From: Takakia lepidozioides
Lineage: Eukaryota; Plantae; Bryophyta
DNA: 64,000 nt
Reading direction: 5' to 3'
NCBI GenBank assembly: GCA_030704615.1
Contig: CM060731.1
Coordinates: 31,496,001 to 31,560,000 of the forward strand
Below the pieces are notes generated by a model. The model saw nothing but the letters and a program-made list of their open reading frames with translations, searched no databases and was not told the origin of the DNA. The position numbers and the translations under genes were made by a program. Below are positions 1-12,120 of the stretch, one piece after another. Each line of letters starts with the position of its first letter. Positions within the stretch are counted from its first letter, which is position 1.

Positions 1-2012
1 CCAGACTCCTTCCCTTTGGTCTCAGCAATGGTCTCAGCTATACCCTCTGCCACTCCTGCTGCTATTCCAGCTGCTACAGCCTCAGCTATACTCCAATGTA
101 CACCATTTGCAAAACACCCCAATAAATTCATTTGTAGCTCCTTGGAAATCAAATCTGCTTGCTTGCTCGGTAAACTGCAGGACTCCACCAACTCCTCCTG
201 TACTTTCGTGGAACTGCTGGGTCGAATATCCTCTCCCCCTGGCGTCTTGGCTAAACTGTCAGATGCAACCTCTCCTGCCTTTACTAGACTGGTGGTCGCC
301 AGTGACAATGTCTCTGACACCTTCACTAAGCTGGCAGCATTTATTAAATCCTCCCCAGCACCAGTTGGGAGACCAGGGGCCATTATCTTATCAGTAGCCA
401 TGAATAATCCCTCACTATCACAATCCACCTCCATTTTGTCACTTTTCGCTATGTTGTGCATCGCCGCCATAGGTTCTTCTGTATCATTCATCAAGCATCA
501 AGCTGAGACCAAAGGATGCGTTATGACCAAAGGATGGATAAGAATCCCAATGAGGGACAATAAATAGGGCTGTCAGGGGATTTGAGATATATTGTGCATT
601 ATACCTTTGCAAAAGTCCCTGCAGCTCCACCGCACAGCAGGAGGAATGGAACCCTCAAGAAAACATGTTGAGCTACTTCGTTCCGTTGACACAAATTTTG
701 GGTAGATTTCATTTGTCACTACTGAGCACCTCAGCTTATGTCCCAGGCTATGCAAAGATACATCTCCAGTTTCTACCTTAATTTGAGCTTCCAGATCTTT
801 GACACTGTGAAACTCAGATCGCCCCACTGGCAGGCATGGTGAAGTCGTATCAACCCTTTGAACCATGTGACATTTTCCCCTCCATATGAGCTAATACATC
901 ACTGATTCCAGGGTAACGCACACTACTTGGCTGCAAAATTATAAATGACAACACAGCCAAGCCCCAAGTTCTACTCCACGGTCCATACAAGAAGGGTAGA
1001 ATACTCCAGCGGTTCACTGTGTTGTCAAAACCATTCAGATTGGACTTTGGCTTATGACGGTGGATATCACAAACAAACACCCACTTATGAAGAACTTATG
1101 AACTCTCAGAATATGAACATGAACAGCACAGATGTTCATTGACCTACATGCTTGCAACCTGTATGTGACACTGAACACCGGCTTGTTGGTACGCCTAGAG
1201 CTTCCTGCATCACATCCAACACTGAACTTCTGCAATGGAACCCCACAAAAATCCTATGCCAGGAGACAGAGAGGGAGGAAAAAGAAAATTTACTACGTCC
1301 AGAGGAGCAACACGAAAATTTGCATGAAAAATATGAAAAGGTGTACCATTGAATGGAAAATCCATATCGATCAGCACAGCCCCTTCTTGGTTTGATCCGT
1401 CAAGGGCTTCACCCTTTGACAAACCCTTCACTTGCTCCAAGATGCTCTCTGCTACAGCTGTACTTTGCACAACTCCGGTCTGCACTACATCCCCAGCTTG
1501 CCTGGCTTCAACTTGTGTCTGCAGAGATTCAAGTCATAAAACGACTGAACTATAATAGGCTTGCCTCAGCTATTACTAATTTCACTCTTTTCAATACCTT
1601 TTGCAAGGGGGTTATACTCCACATCCCTATTAGGCCAGCATCAATACTTAGAAATCTGGAATCTCTGCCCAAAAAAAAATTGGTCTCCTTAAGCAGCAGT
1701 AGCAAATTCAGGAAAACGAAAATCCATCTTTACCAGAGGAAGATTTCTCTCGCCTTCTGCGTTTGTAATACCAGATTGAGTAACCTCCTCATCCTCTTTT
1801 CTGGCCATAACATCCAAGGTCCCAGTGACTGCTATACTTGTTCCTTCCACAACTACTTCATCTGCCACGCTCTCTGCTCCATTCAGACCATCCAGAGCTC
1901 CGTGAACATAATCAATATCACCGCCATATGTAGCATTCAAGGCGTCCAAAGCTGCGAACTCTGACACATTGCCCCAAGTGACACCTCCCTGGACAACATT
2001 CACTGTTTCCAT
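1..2012 (-). pseudogene. Degraded low-complexity coding relic of unknown identity (possibly L1 ORF1-like), runs off the left edge
   Basis: Successive minus-strand reading stretches (1689-2012, 1210-1485, 573-866, and about 495 to 1: MNDTEEPMAAMHNIAK...AEGIAETIAETKGKESG) have protein-like composition but are broken by stops and frameshifts. No recognisable motif. Confidence 0.25.
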
Positions 2013-3872
2013 TCCTCACCACCAGTGCTTCAATTGTCTCCCTCTTTCCCCTAATGAGCTAGATGTGGATGCCGAGTGACCAAAAGCAGGAAAAAATAAG
2101 AGTTGCACTCTACTAAAATCCTGGAAGAACGACTTGATGCAAAACTCATCTTTCAGAGGCAGACCCTGAGACACGGGGGAATAAAGACAGTTCTAGCACT
2201 AACCCCCCCTCCTGCTTCTACGTTGATGATAATCGAAGCTCGAGGATCGATTCAAGGAAAGTCGACGATGCAGGCTCGTCCTCCTCCAACCGTATGGCAA
2301 TGCAACTTCCGACGCCTCACCAGTTGAAGAACACTTCAACCCAAATTTGGGACACGGCAAAGATAATACAAATTCCCGTCCAAGACAGTCAGAGAACATC
2401 GGCAAGAAAAACACCGCTCAGCCACAATTGCACATCACTGACTGACTGTTCACGTCAGCGCCAATGGCATCAAACGAAAGCAGGCGAATCGTGCACCTTC
2501 TCTTCTCCCTCAATTGACCGTGGACAAGAATGACCAAAGCAGGCAAGGTACAAGCTCCGATCAGCCCGAATTTTCCTACACTTCCAGTTCAGGTAGGTGG
2601 ACAGGAAAACACCTACCGACTTGTCTGTCAACAGAAGCACACGGGGGGGAACAGGAACACCTCCATTCTCGCCCTGCACCACGCCACCTCCCCCCCTCCC
2701 TCCACACTACCTTCTCGTCGTCGTCGTCGTCATCGTCGTCTTCTCTAACGTGTGTTATATAACTTATATTCCACTAAACAGGTTATTATTTTATTTTTAT
2801 TTTTATTTTTTTGGTTTCGAGGGAAACACCAGCCCCAGCAACTGGCCCGGGAAAATGAACTCCCTTTCTGAGCTATAGAGGCATTGAAGGGGCAGAGCCA
2901 CAGCGCTAAAGCAGAGAGACAGATGACAGGGGTTTGAACCCCAGACCCACAGGCCAACACACGTAGTGGAAGAGTTTTTTTTCTTTGTTTCTCGTAAGAA
3001 AAAAATCGTAATTCATATATAAAAGAAAAGAGGATAAGCCTTACGGTTTAACTTTTTCTCCTCAATTAAAAAACCATCAATTGTTTTTTATGTTTCTATT
3101 AAATACCTATATTTGGCAATAGACTTCGAGATGAAAAGTCTTTTTTTCTTCATTTTTTTGAAAGAAAGGGAGCGGAACCTGATAATAAAATTATAGGACG
3201 AGGAAAAAATAACCTTGTATGGGGCCATGAGGCAATACAATCGTGGGGAACCTCCCAGAAAAAGTCTTGAGGTTTTGATATTTACAAAGGATGTTTACTA
3301 AAAGAAATTGCCATATTGGATCCTGTCAAGTAATGTATTGGGTCGTACCGTCGTATGGGTCTCTAGGGGTTTATTGTTGGCTCCGTGTCAAAAATTGCAT
3401 CCTGTTGTGCCTTCCCCAAATATTATATCTTCTCCTTTGCTGAAAACTACTTTTATGAGGTGCCTTCTCCAGGTAACACCTCCCTCAGGTAACATCTCTG
3501 TTATTGAACAATTTATGGAAAACAAATGGATGAATTTTCATAATATGGGTGAAAGTAGATTCCACCATTCACAACGATTGGCCACTTGTTTCTTCCCCTC
3601 TAATCAGTAAAATGTAAGCTTCTTACACAAAAACCATTGAGACATAGGGAGCACGTAAATCAAGTGCATCTTTCCAATCTCCACCAAAATCAAATTTATT
3701 GCATATAACATGTGTTTTTCCATCATTTTCCCTTGTGTTCTCCATGGAAGATAATAGGAATAATGTAAGAACTTAATGCACACGTGCAACCTCTGACAGA
3801 TGGTATGCGGGTTTCCGGCATGTCAAATCTTCCCCACCCTCTCTTGAGAGTGACATGGACTTGAAGGAGTGT

Positions 3873-4150
3873 CAACTCCAACTTGGGGTTACACGACGAG
3901 GTGTGTAACTCCACTTGAGGTTACATCAGGTTACACGACGAGGTGTGCACCTCCACTCGGGGTTACACAGAATGGAGTGTAACTCCACTTGGGGTTACAT
4001 CGGGTTACACGACGAGGTGTTAACTCCACTCGGGGTTACACAGAATGGAGTGTAACTCCACTAGGGGTTACATCGGGTTACACGACGAGGTATTAACTCC
4101 ACTCGGGGTTACACAGAATGGAGTGTAACTACACTCCAGTCGGTGTAACC
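3873..4150. repeat. Minisatellite built from GGGTTACAC...GTGTAACTCCACT units
   Basis: About 8-9 units of roughly 30 bp in alternating GACGAGG and AGAATGG variants. Each unit has an internal GTTACAC/GTGTAAC inverted pair. Confidence 0.85.
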
Positions 4151-7100
4151 CACACTTGGTCTCAAATTTGACTAAGTCCAAATGTGGCTAAGTATAAAAT
4201 GGACTTACATGAGAAATTGGGGAGGTTTACACCAACCCGGATTACACTACAAGAGCCTCCCATCAAGAATCAAACCCTGAACATTGCCGCCTGCAATGCT
4301 ATCACCGTACCATCACGCCACCCACCACAGCTTGCAACCTATCCGGCTTCTGAAATATTTAATAGTGAAACCGAGTTAGGAGGGGGTGGGGAGGATTTGA
4401 CCGGGCCCCCGCCGGAGGAGCCCAGGTTGCAGGAATCCGGTGAAAGTACTGTCAGATCGCACGCGTCCATTAAGTTTTTACATTATTCCTATTGTCTTTC
4501 GTTTTTCATTGACAGCTCTATCCATTTGTTTGTTATCAATTGACGGGCAGCCTCAGCAAGTTGCTAGGGGATTGAGGGTGGCCTCAAGAGCGTGTTGTAA
4601 TATAATCTACTCTAGGCTAACAACAGTTAAACCCGCACTTTTTTTTAAAACTAGACTATCATTCTATCACCGTCCTGTTTTCAACCGACCCTTTTTTTTT
4701 TTTTTTAATACAGGAACAGGGGCCGAGGCCCTGGTTAAACTTATTAGAATTATTGAAGGGAAAAAAATTAAAACCCTTGATGCCCGTAGGCTGCCATTAG
4801 GCTTGAACACACGGCATACCGTGACGGATGATCCGACGAACAATAGATCGAAGATGGACTAGATCAGTAGGAGGGAAGTGTGAAATGTGAAATCGTGTAG
4901 ATGCCTAGACCCGAGCATTCTATCTTTAGAAAAGGTTGGTCACGTCAGATTTGTCAAACTCAGGGGAAGCTGAAGAGGAGGGATCTGTGCCGTTGCCATT
5001 GGTAGGGGATATCCCAAATTAGAATATGGATGCAGAGCAATGACATGAGGAGATACTTTCTAGTAGAAAGTTATCTAAATTAACCGTTTTTTCATTTTGT
5101 GATACTTGAAATTCCAACTTGAAAAAAAAATTCCAACATAGCAAAGTTATCTGTAATAATTAGATATTCAAAAGTGACACAAAATATTCTAACCTTTTGG
5201 AAGAATATTTGGATTCTGTTTATGCGAACAATATAACCCTATTACTGCGGATTAGTGTTAACCTGAGCACTTCTCACAACTCTGCTCACTCCATACCCCT
5301 AAGTTTAGTTTCAGTATCATATCCGGATAAAATCTTTGTTTGCGAAAGCTATTTAGAAATTGAATGTATTCACAAAGTTTAGCAATATCCCACTATTTCT
5401 ATGGCGAAATTTATTTGGATAATGTTTTTTTTTAATATCTGTAACAATATACTAGAGATTGCGGCAATGGAATGTATTTATAAAGTTTGACCCCACTCCA
5501 CATCCATCATCTATGTTTTTGATCTAAATCAATGATTACCATCTCCTGATTTCATTTGCCCAAGCTACCAATTTAATTGATGGGAAACAAAAACTATAAT
5601 GTAAAATAGCCGCATTTTTCTCCTTGAAAATTTGAAACCAATTTGGTGACAAAAAAAATGTCCGGGTGGGGGGGGATTTTTCACAATTATGCTATTGAAT
5701 ATGGGAGAATTTTCAGAAGGGCTTATTAATCAGTGTGTACTATGACTCACACCCGGCCACCGGAGGGATTTGGAATTTTAATTTTTGGATAGCCTCAATT
5801 GGAGGAACTATCTATTTTTTAGACTTCATGTTATGGATCGGGCAGTTTCAAACCCCCAAGAACATCTACAAAGCAGCTCCAAGCCAAGTATGGTCTTTTT
5901 CTTCATTTGCGGTGCAAACTTGGTTTGTTTTTCTTCTGAAAAATGGATGGAGGCCCGAAATTACATTGTAGGAGGTGGAAAAGATAACTGCCGATTTAGC
6001 ATTCCTCACAGATTAGGAATATGTGGAAGAAACACTCCACAAAAATCAAACATCAAACAACGCCTCAATCGGTTGGTCAAAGCAAGCAATCATGATCCAT
6101 GTTTTCTAAAACTATTGTTTTTTAAAAGAAGCAATCCCCACTAAAATTATAATTTCTGCCAACTTTCACAAGTGAAATGGGCTCAATTTTGGTGTGTGTA
6201 TGCAAGCCTATATCAGCTAGACAGCAACATGTTTGATTCAGTTTTATATGAGTATTGGTTGGTGGATAACCTCAGTTTACTAGACAGAGGTAATAAATTT
6301 TAGGTGTCAAAAAATGAACTATGTAAGCAGCTAAGGGTTAATTTATCATCAAGGGGCCATGTAATGCACTATTTATTACAGTTTTTTGTTTTTTTTTAAT
6401 TTATTTAAATTTAAATTTATTTGCACTAGTTTTTAGTCTTTTACTCTAATGCATTATTCTCTGTTGGTTCCATCGTCTACCTCTCTCGACAATCCTTGCA
6501 TTTGATCCGGCAAAGTGGACTTCGAACGGCCTCCATTTTTTCAACTACGTCTCAGCTAAGCAGCTTGGATATTCTGCCAACTTGCTTTCTCTCGTCCTAA
6601 ATTGCAAAAAACTGGAATCATTAATTGTAAGGTTTTCTAACAGACCCCTACTATGGATTCTGGAATGATGCTTGGGCTAAGGCTAGATTTGCAAAGCATT
6701 CCACTTTCTTCTGGAAAATCCCAGAAATTTCGGAATATTATTGCTTTGACTGTTGTTTTGCTACTATTAATTGGGCCAATATTTGTTAGTTTCAAGCTAG
6801 TTGGAAAGTGGTCAACGTAAGCAACATTGATATCCACTTGTTCAATTTGTTTCAAAGGAATGTTTGGAGCACATGTGAGGTTTGGACTTGCATCCGAACA
6901 CATACATATTTGGAAATATCCTTTTAGTCGGCCTTCTGTTCCAATTTTATTTGCATAGGAAATGTCACTTTGATTTGATATATTAATGATATAAAGCGTG
7001 GGGTGTCTTATTTGCATATGTTCTAAAATCATGAGAACAAGAGAAAAAAAAAAAAAAAAAAAAACTTCGGCCAAAGCCGGCGTAACTAAGAGTCACTTCG

Positions 7101-7171
7101 CCTTACGGCTACCGCCTCCTCTCGGGGGTGGGCCCTCTCTACAAAGGTGTCCGTAGGACAAGTCTATGAGT

Positions 7172-8173
7172 CTAAAAGAACAAGGTACCTAGGTACCCCG
7201 GAAGCCAGCGAAGGGTTAGCTTCGAGTTTACGTTTGGTAGTAATAATGGTTGTGAGGAGCGGAGGGCTGTGAGTTGTATTGCTTTGAAACATCTATGAAT
7301 GGAGAGGATAGGGAGTTTAAAGTTATTGTATAGTGCAACGATACTGGCGTTATGAATGTCGCCTCTAGTGCCAGCCGTGATAACCGTCAAAGGACCAGCG
7401 ACCCAGCCCTTATGTCGGAGCGCAAGGATAAATGGCACATATTTTAGCCGTTTGTCTAGCGTTGAGTCAGCGGGGTATTGATCATGGCAATATGTGAACG
7501 CAAAGTAAATGGTAAGGTTCGGGGTTGGGGTGGTGGGTGGGGGGGGGGAGTTTATGGGTAGACCATGTACAAGCAAGAGTCAACCAGCATGTAGCCCAGT
7601 GGTAATGGACACATATCACGTTGGATGTGGTTGTGGGTACAAACCACGGTCTGGTGTGTCATGAAGGTGTCCACCTTCCTAGCGCAGTAGCCCTTCGGGG
7701 TGAAGTGACTCCATAAGTTACGCTTCCTTCGGAAGGCGTCATTTTTTTATTATTTTATTATTTTATTATTTATTATTTATTATTTATTATTTTATTATTT
7801 TATTTACAAGCAAGATGTCCGGGCATAGTCTGGCTGGGCAGGTGCAGGGGGTGTGGGAGCAAGTGCAGGGGGTGTGAGAGCAGGTGCAGGGGAGTAGCCA
7901 GTGTGGGACGGTATGGTCTGGGGGTCGTTCTTGGTAAGTACCAGCGTTGATTAGTGAGAACCATCTGGTCTCGGCGCGATGTAGGAGGAGTTTATGGATA
8001 TGCCAGACTGTTTGGTTATGGCGGGTGATACGAAGCCCATGGATGATCAGGTGTGTGCATTGGCTAAGAAGGTGTGGCCAGGTGTCGCGTTCCTGATGGG
8101 TATGAGAGCAGAGGGGGCAATGCGGGGAGGAAAAAATGCGTGGCCAGAAAATGTATTTACGCTGATGTCCCAT
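7172..8173 (-). pseudogene. LINE CCHC zinc knuckle plus restriction-like endonuclease (RLE), interrupted by the SINE
   Basis: CPLC..DTWPHLLSQC, RHN, PDILLV|HGL, FTYCHD, KRLKY and AGTRG motifs. Confidence 0.8.
7579..7804 (+). mobile_element. tRNA-derived SINE with LINE-like 3' end and T/(TTA)-rich tail
   Basis: 11-bp TSD TACAAGCAAGA (7568-7578 and 7805-7815), A box TAGCCCAGTGG, degenerate B box GGTACAAACC, tail about 7742-7804. Confidence 0.85.
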
Positions 8174-8887
8174 ATTGTGCGTATCGGAATTTAAGCTTCT
8201 ATCTGATTTGGGCGTCAGTAGCTGCTTTGGAGTGCCAAAAGTAGTTTGAGCGTTTATTATGGAGAACTGCAGATTGTGTCCATTTCTGTATGCATATTTT
8301 AGTGTGACTAGCAGATTCCGAGGTTTGTTTATTGGCTTCTCGAGTAAGGGTTTTCAAAAGGTTGCGTATGGGTCGGGGTTCAAGGGGGTCGGGTATAGGG
8401 TGTATTAGCCAAAATGGGTGGGTATGTGCTATGTGGATGGGATCATTGGTAGGGTCGACAAGGGGTTTGTCGGCACCTTCCTGGGCAAGAAGGTCGGCAG
8501 CCTCATTCCCTGGACATATACCACTAACAGAGTGGTGTGTAAGTGATTCATACATTCCCATACAATTCTTCTACAATTCCCATATATTCCAAATGAATCT
8601 GCAAATCCAAATACTCTTGAAGATTCACCATTCAAAAAACAGAATAGAATCCAAGACAATAAGTGTCGGAACAGAGTCAACAAAATCCAACCATGATAAA
8701 GGGTGACATACTACATCTATACTACGTCTCCACAGGCATGCTAAAAGCCATGAACTACTTTCCTACCTTTTGGTCAGTGACAGACCATCTACCCATGCAG
8801 GTTTTTTGTAGCTATTGATCCACAGGGAATCATAGGTAACCTTATGCTTGAAATCTGGCCTTCTTGGATGAATCTGGACCCACACTC

Positions 8888-10360
8888 TGTCGCAGCCCTT
8901 TGCCTTGAGGGCAGGGGGTCGGGCCATGGTGGGGGCAGTGGCAACAATAGATGCGGGGGCTGAAGTAGGTCTTAGCACTACAACAGATCGCGATATTTAT
9001 GACTGTATATATGACTATTCTGCAGTCATAAACGGTACATATGACTTCTATGACTGTAAGTCGTGCAAACCAAGTCAATACAATGAGTACATGATGTTAC
9101 GGTCCGGATGACTACAGTCATATGAACCAAGTGATATCTCTCACTGCGGTCATATATACCATACTGCAGTCGCTGCTGCCGCGACACGTGGCGAGGCGCA
9201 ATTGATTTAAAAAAATTAAATTAAATTAAAAAACTAGAAAAATAAAAACATATGTCAAATGTCGCGTCGCACTGCATTGTGCCACGTGGCATAATGCATT
9301 TTATAATAATGAAAAAACCACATGGCAATCCATCTAGGATACCACATGCTATCCCTAACTCGCCAACTAACCCTATGACCATCTTATCCATTTGATTGTA
9401 CTTAGAGGAGTTTGAACCTGCAACCTCTTTATTATAAGAGTTATAGTTCACTACCTGTTAACCAATACACCCATTAGTCATTCATATGATCATATGGTGT
9501 TTTAATTGTATTATACACACCAAATTACAAAATCCCCAGTAGTCATCATGACTATGTAATCTCATCCATATACACTGTAGTCATGGAAATGACTATGAAT
9601 GGTGAGCTAAATCTGGTCAATTGTCGTTGACCAGCCTTCCGCCCATTCCGGAGCTATGTAGTCATACAGACGACTATTTAGATAGTCGTTCATATGACTA
9701 CAGTCGTATGAATGACTGCGGGAGGTCAATTTCATATAAAAACATGGTGCAGTCATGGTCAAAGTCATGAAAACCATAACTACCACGGTTTGGCAGTCAT
9801 AACTACCGCGGTTTGGCAGTCATAACTACCGCGATCTGTTGTAGTGTAGTGGGGGTGGCATAGGACTCACTATGGGGCGGAAACCTTGTGGTGGGAGTCG
9901 TGGGGAGTCTTGGGACTCATCACGGCCCAATGGGGCCGTGGTGGGTGGGCCAAGACTCACCGCGACTCATCACAGGGAGTCGAGGGTTTTCGTGGTGGTT
10001 CGCCATAAAATGGCAGGATTGTTTATGAAACCCCCGCGGACAGTCACAAAAGTATATATAGGGAGTAGTAACCCCAAGAACGGTGCAAGTCCGTTGGTGA
10101 CCAAAAACTAGTGAGTAAGCGTGCGAGCCGGAAAGCGACCAAGGTGTGGGGAGCTGTTCCGGACTGCCAACAACCAAAGGGAATTTCCACTAGGCCCAAA
10201 TTGAGAGAGGGTCTTGTGGAGGAGCAAATGGGGACCGTTATGTCTCAGTGAGCAGCCGAAGCTCCGAGTTGGCCCGGCGGCCAGTTTGGGAGTTAGGCGC
10301 GCGCATCAAAGCGAGTAACTATGACTTGAAAGGGAGTTTACCGAAGTGAGGTGCGCAACA
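8888..10360 (+). mobile_element. Solo LTR (about 600 bp once the nested CACTA element is removed)
   Basis: TG...CA ends, 5-bp TSD CACTC (8883-8887 and 10361-10365), homologous to 16593-17313. Confidence 0.9.
8976..9846. mobile_element. Complete non-autonomous CACTA (En/Spm) element, 871 bp
   Basis: 17-bp TIR CACTACAACAGATCGCG, 3-bp TSD TAG, many ATGACT/AGTCAT subterminal repeats. Confidence 0.95.
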
Positions 10361-10659
10361 CACTCTATCTCTGCTCCTTCAGCTATCCATGCCTCTGCAC
10401 AAATCATGCATTCATCCTTGGCTTGCTGCTAGCAGCTGACAATGACAGCCTAGAGTTGTTCCAGCAAACACCCCAACCCTACTTATCACATTAGTTCTTA
10501 TGCTCAATTGCATTTGCTACTCTCTATAATCCAACAGGCATTCACCTTCATGCCTCCATTGTCCCACCATTGGCTGGGGTCAGAAAAGTATTCATTCCAC
10601 AACTTCTCCTCATCTCTGTTACCTGTTTCTAGATACTTTCTTGTTGTCACGTTGGCAGT

Positions 10660-11830
10660 ATCATGTCAGTCACTCCAAAGAAGATAGGCCCATTTGAGTA
10701 CTTGTACATCTGGAAACTTGAATGACAAGTGCAGATCTATTGCGGGCCAGATCAAAACCCCTTGTAAATGTTTATGTGAATGTTTATGGACATAGAGGCT
10801 ACATATCTTCATCACCCTACTTGTAACAGATCCATCCACCAAAACTGGAGCAGTTGGCAAGAAGATATGCCCATTTAAGTACCTACACGTCCGGAAACTT
10901 GAACAACAAGTGCAAATCTGTTGGGGGCCAGACCACAACCCCTTAAAAACTCCAAAGCTATGGAGACCACCATATATTTATCACACTAGTTGTTAGAAAT
11001 GTGCCAAGTCATAACACTCCACAAATGGCAAGAAAATAGGCCTATCAAAGTAGCTGAACGTCCGGAAACTTGAACAACAAGTGCAGATCTATTGGGGGCC
11101 AGACCACAACCCCTTAAGAAAATTCAGATCTTAGTAGGTCACCCTACAAGTACAGATCTGTTGGGGGCCAAACCAAAACCCCTGAAGAAAATTCAGAGCT
11201 CAAGAGGTCACCATAACTTAATGACATTAGTTGTTAAAAATGTTTCAAACCATAGCACATCACAATTGGAGCAATTGGCAAGGAGATAGGCCCATCTGAG
11301 TACCTGAACGTCCGAAAACTTTAACAACAAGTGCAGATCTGTTGGGGGCCAGACCACAACCCCTTAAGAAAATTCAGAGCTCAGGAGGCCACCATAACTT
11401 GATCAAAATAGTTGCTAGAAATATTTCAAGCCATAGCACACCACAATTGGAGCAATTGGCAAGAAGAGAGGCCCATTTGAATACCTGAACGTCCGGAAAC
11501 GTGAACAACAAGTGCAGATCTGCTGGGGGCCAGACCACAACCCCTTAAGGAATTCCAAAGCTCTGAAGGCAACCATATGTTGATCACAATAGTTATTAGA
11601 AATGTGCCCAGCCATAGCACACCACAAATGGAGGAATTGGCAAGAAGATATGCCCATCAAAGTAGCTGAATGTCTGGAAACTTGAACAACAAGTGCAGCT
11701 TTATTGGGGGCCAGACCACAACCCCTTGAAAATCTTTATGGCTCTGAAGGATAGTATATCTTTATCACCCTACTTGCTACAAATCCACCAAGCCATAGCA
11801 CACCCAAATTGGAGAAATTGGCATGAAGAT
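10660..11830. repeat. Tandem array of about 181-bp units (about 6 copies plus a partial)
   Basis: AACAAGTGCAGATCTGTTGGGGGCCAGACCACAACCCCTT recurs near 10729, 10909, 11081, 11331, 11512 and 11693. Confidence 0.9.
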
Positions 11831-11844
11831 AGGGCACAACTGAA

Positions 11845-12120
11845 ATGAATGTGACTCGGTCTGGCTTCACCCCCTGCTGATGTGCATTTGCTCACAGGTC
11901 TCCAAAGCCTCCATCCCCCATATCCATGTTGTGCATGTCCTGCAATCATAACACTCCAGAACACCACATCTCGTTTGTCCGTCAAACACTTCATTTGCAT
12001 CCAGAGTGCTCCCACATTTGGCATACATATCAACAAGGGTATTGTTCAGAATGACATCTGGTACTATTCCAGCCTTGACGATGTCACCATGGACCTCTTT
12101 TCCCTTCATGAATATATAAA
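11845..12120 (-). pseudogene. Captured PLS-class pentatricopeptide repeat gene fragment
   Basis: GKEVHGDIVKAGIVPDVILNNTLVDMYAKCGS..A.EVFD / RDVVFWSVMIAGHAQHGYG / EALE..EQM..VKPDRVTF, with frameshifts. Confidence 0.85.

Noticed and set aside
16-567. Plus-strand 183-aa ORF as a gene
   Set aside because: It looks like the antisense shadow of the more protein-like minus-strand frame and has no motifs.
4245-4260. CACTA terminus (CACTACAAGAG)
   Set aside because: No matching opposite TIR or TSD was found.
7579-7660. Functional tRNA gene
   Set aside because: The B box is mutated, there is no convincing cloverleaf, and it has a TSD and tail, so it is a SINE head.
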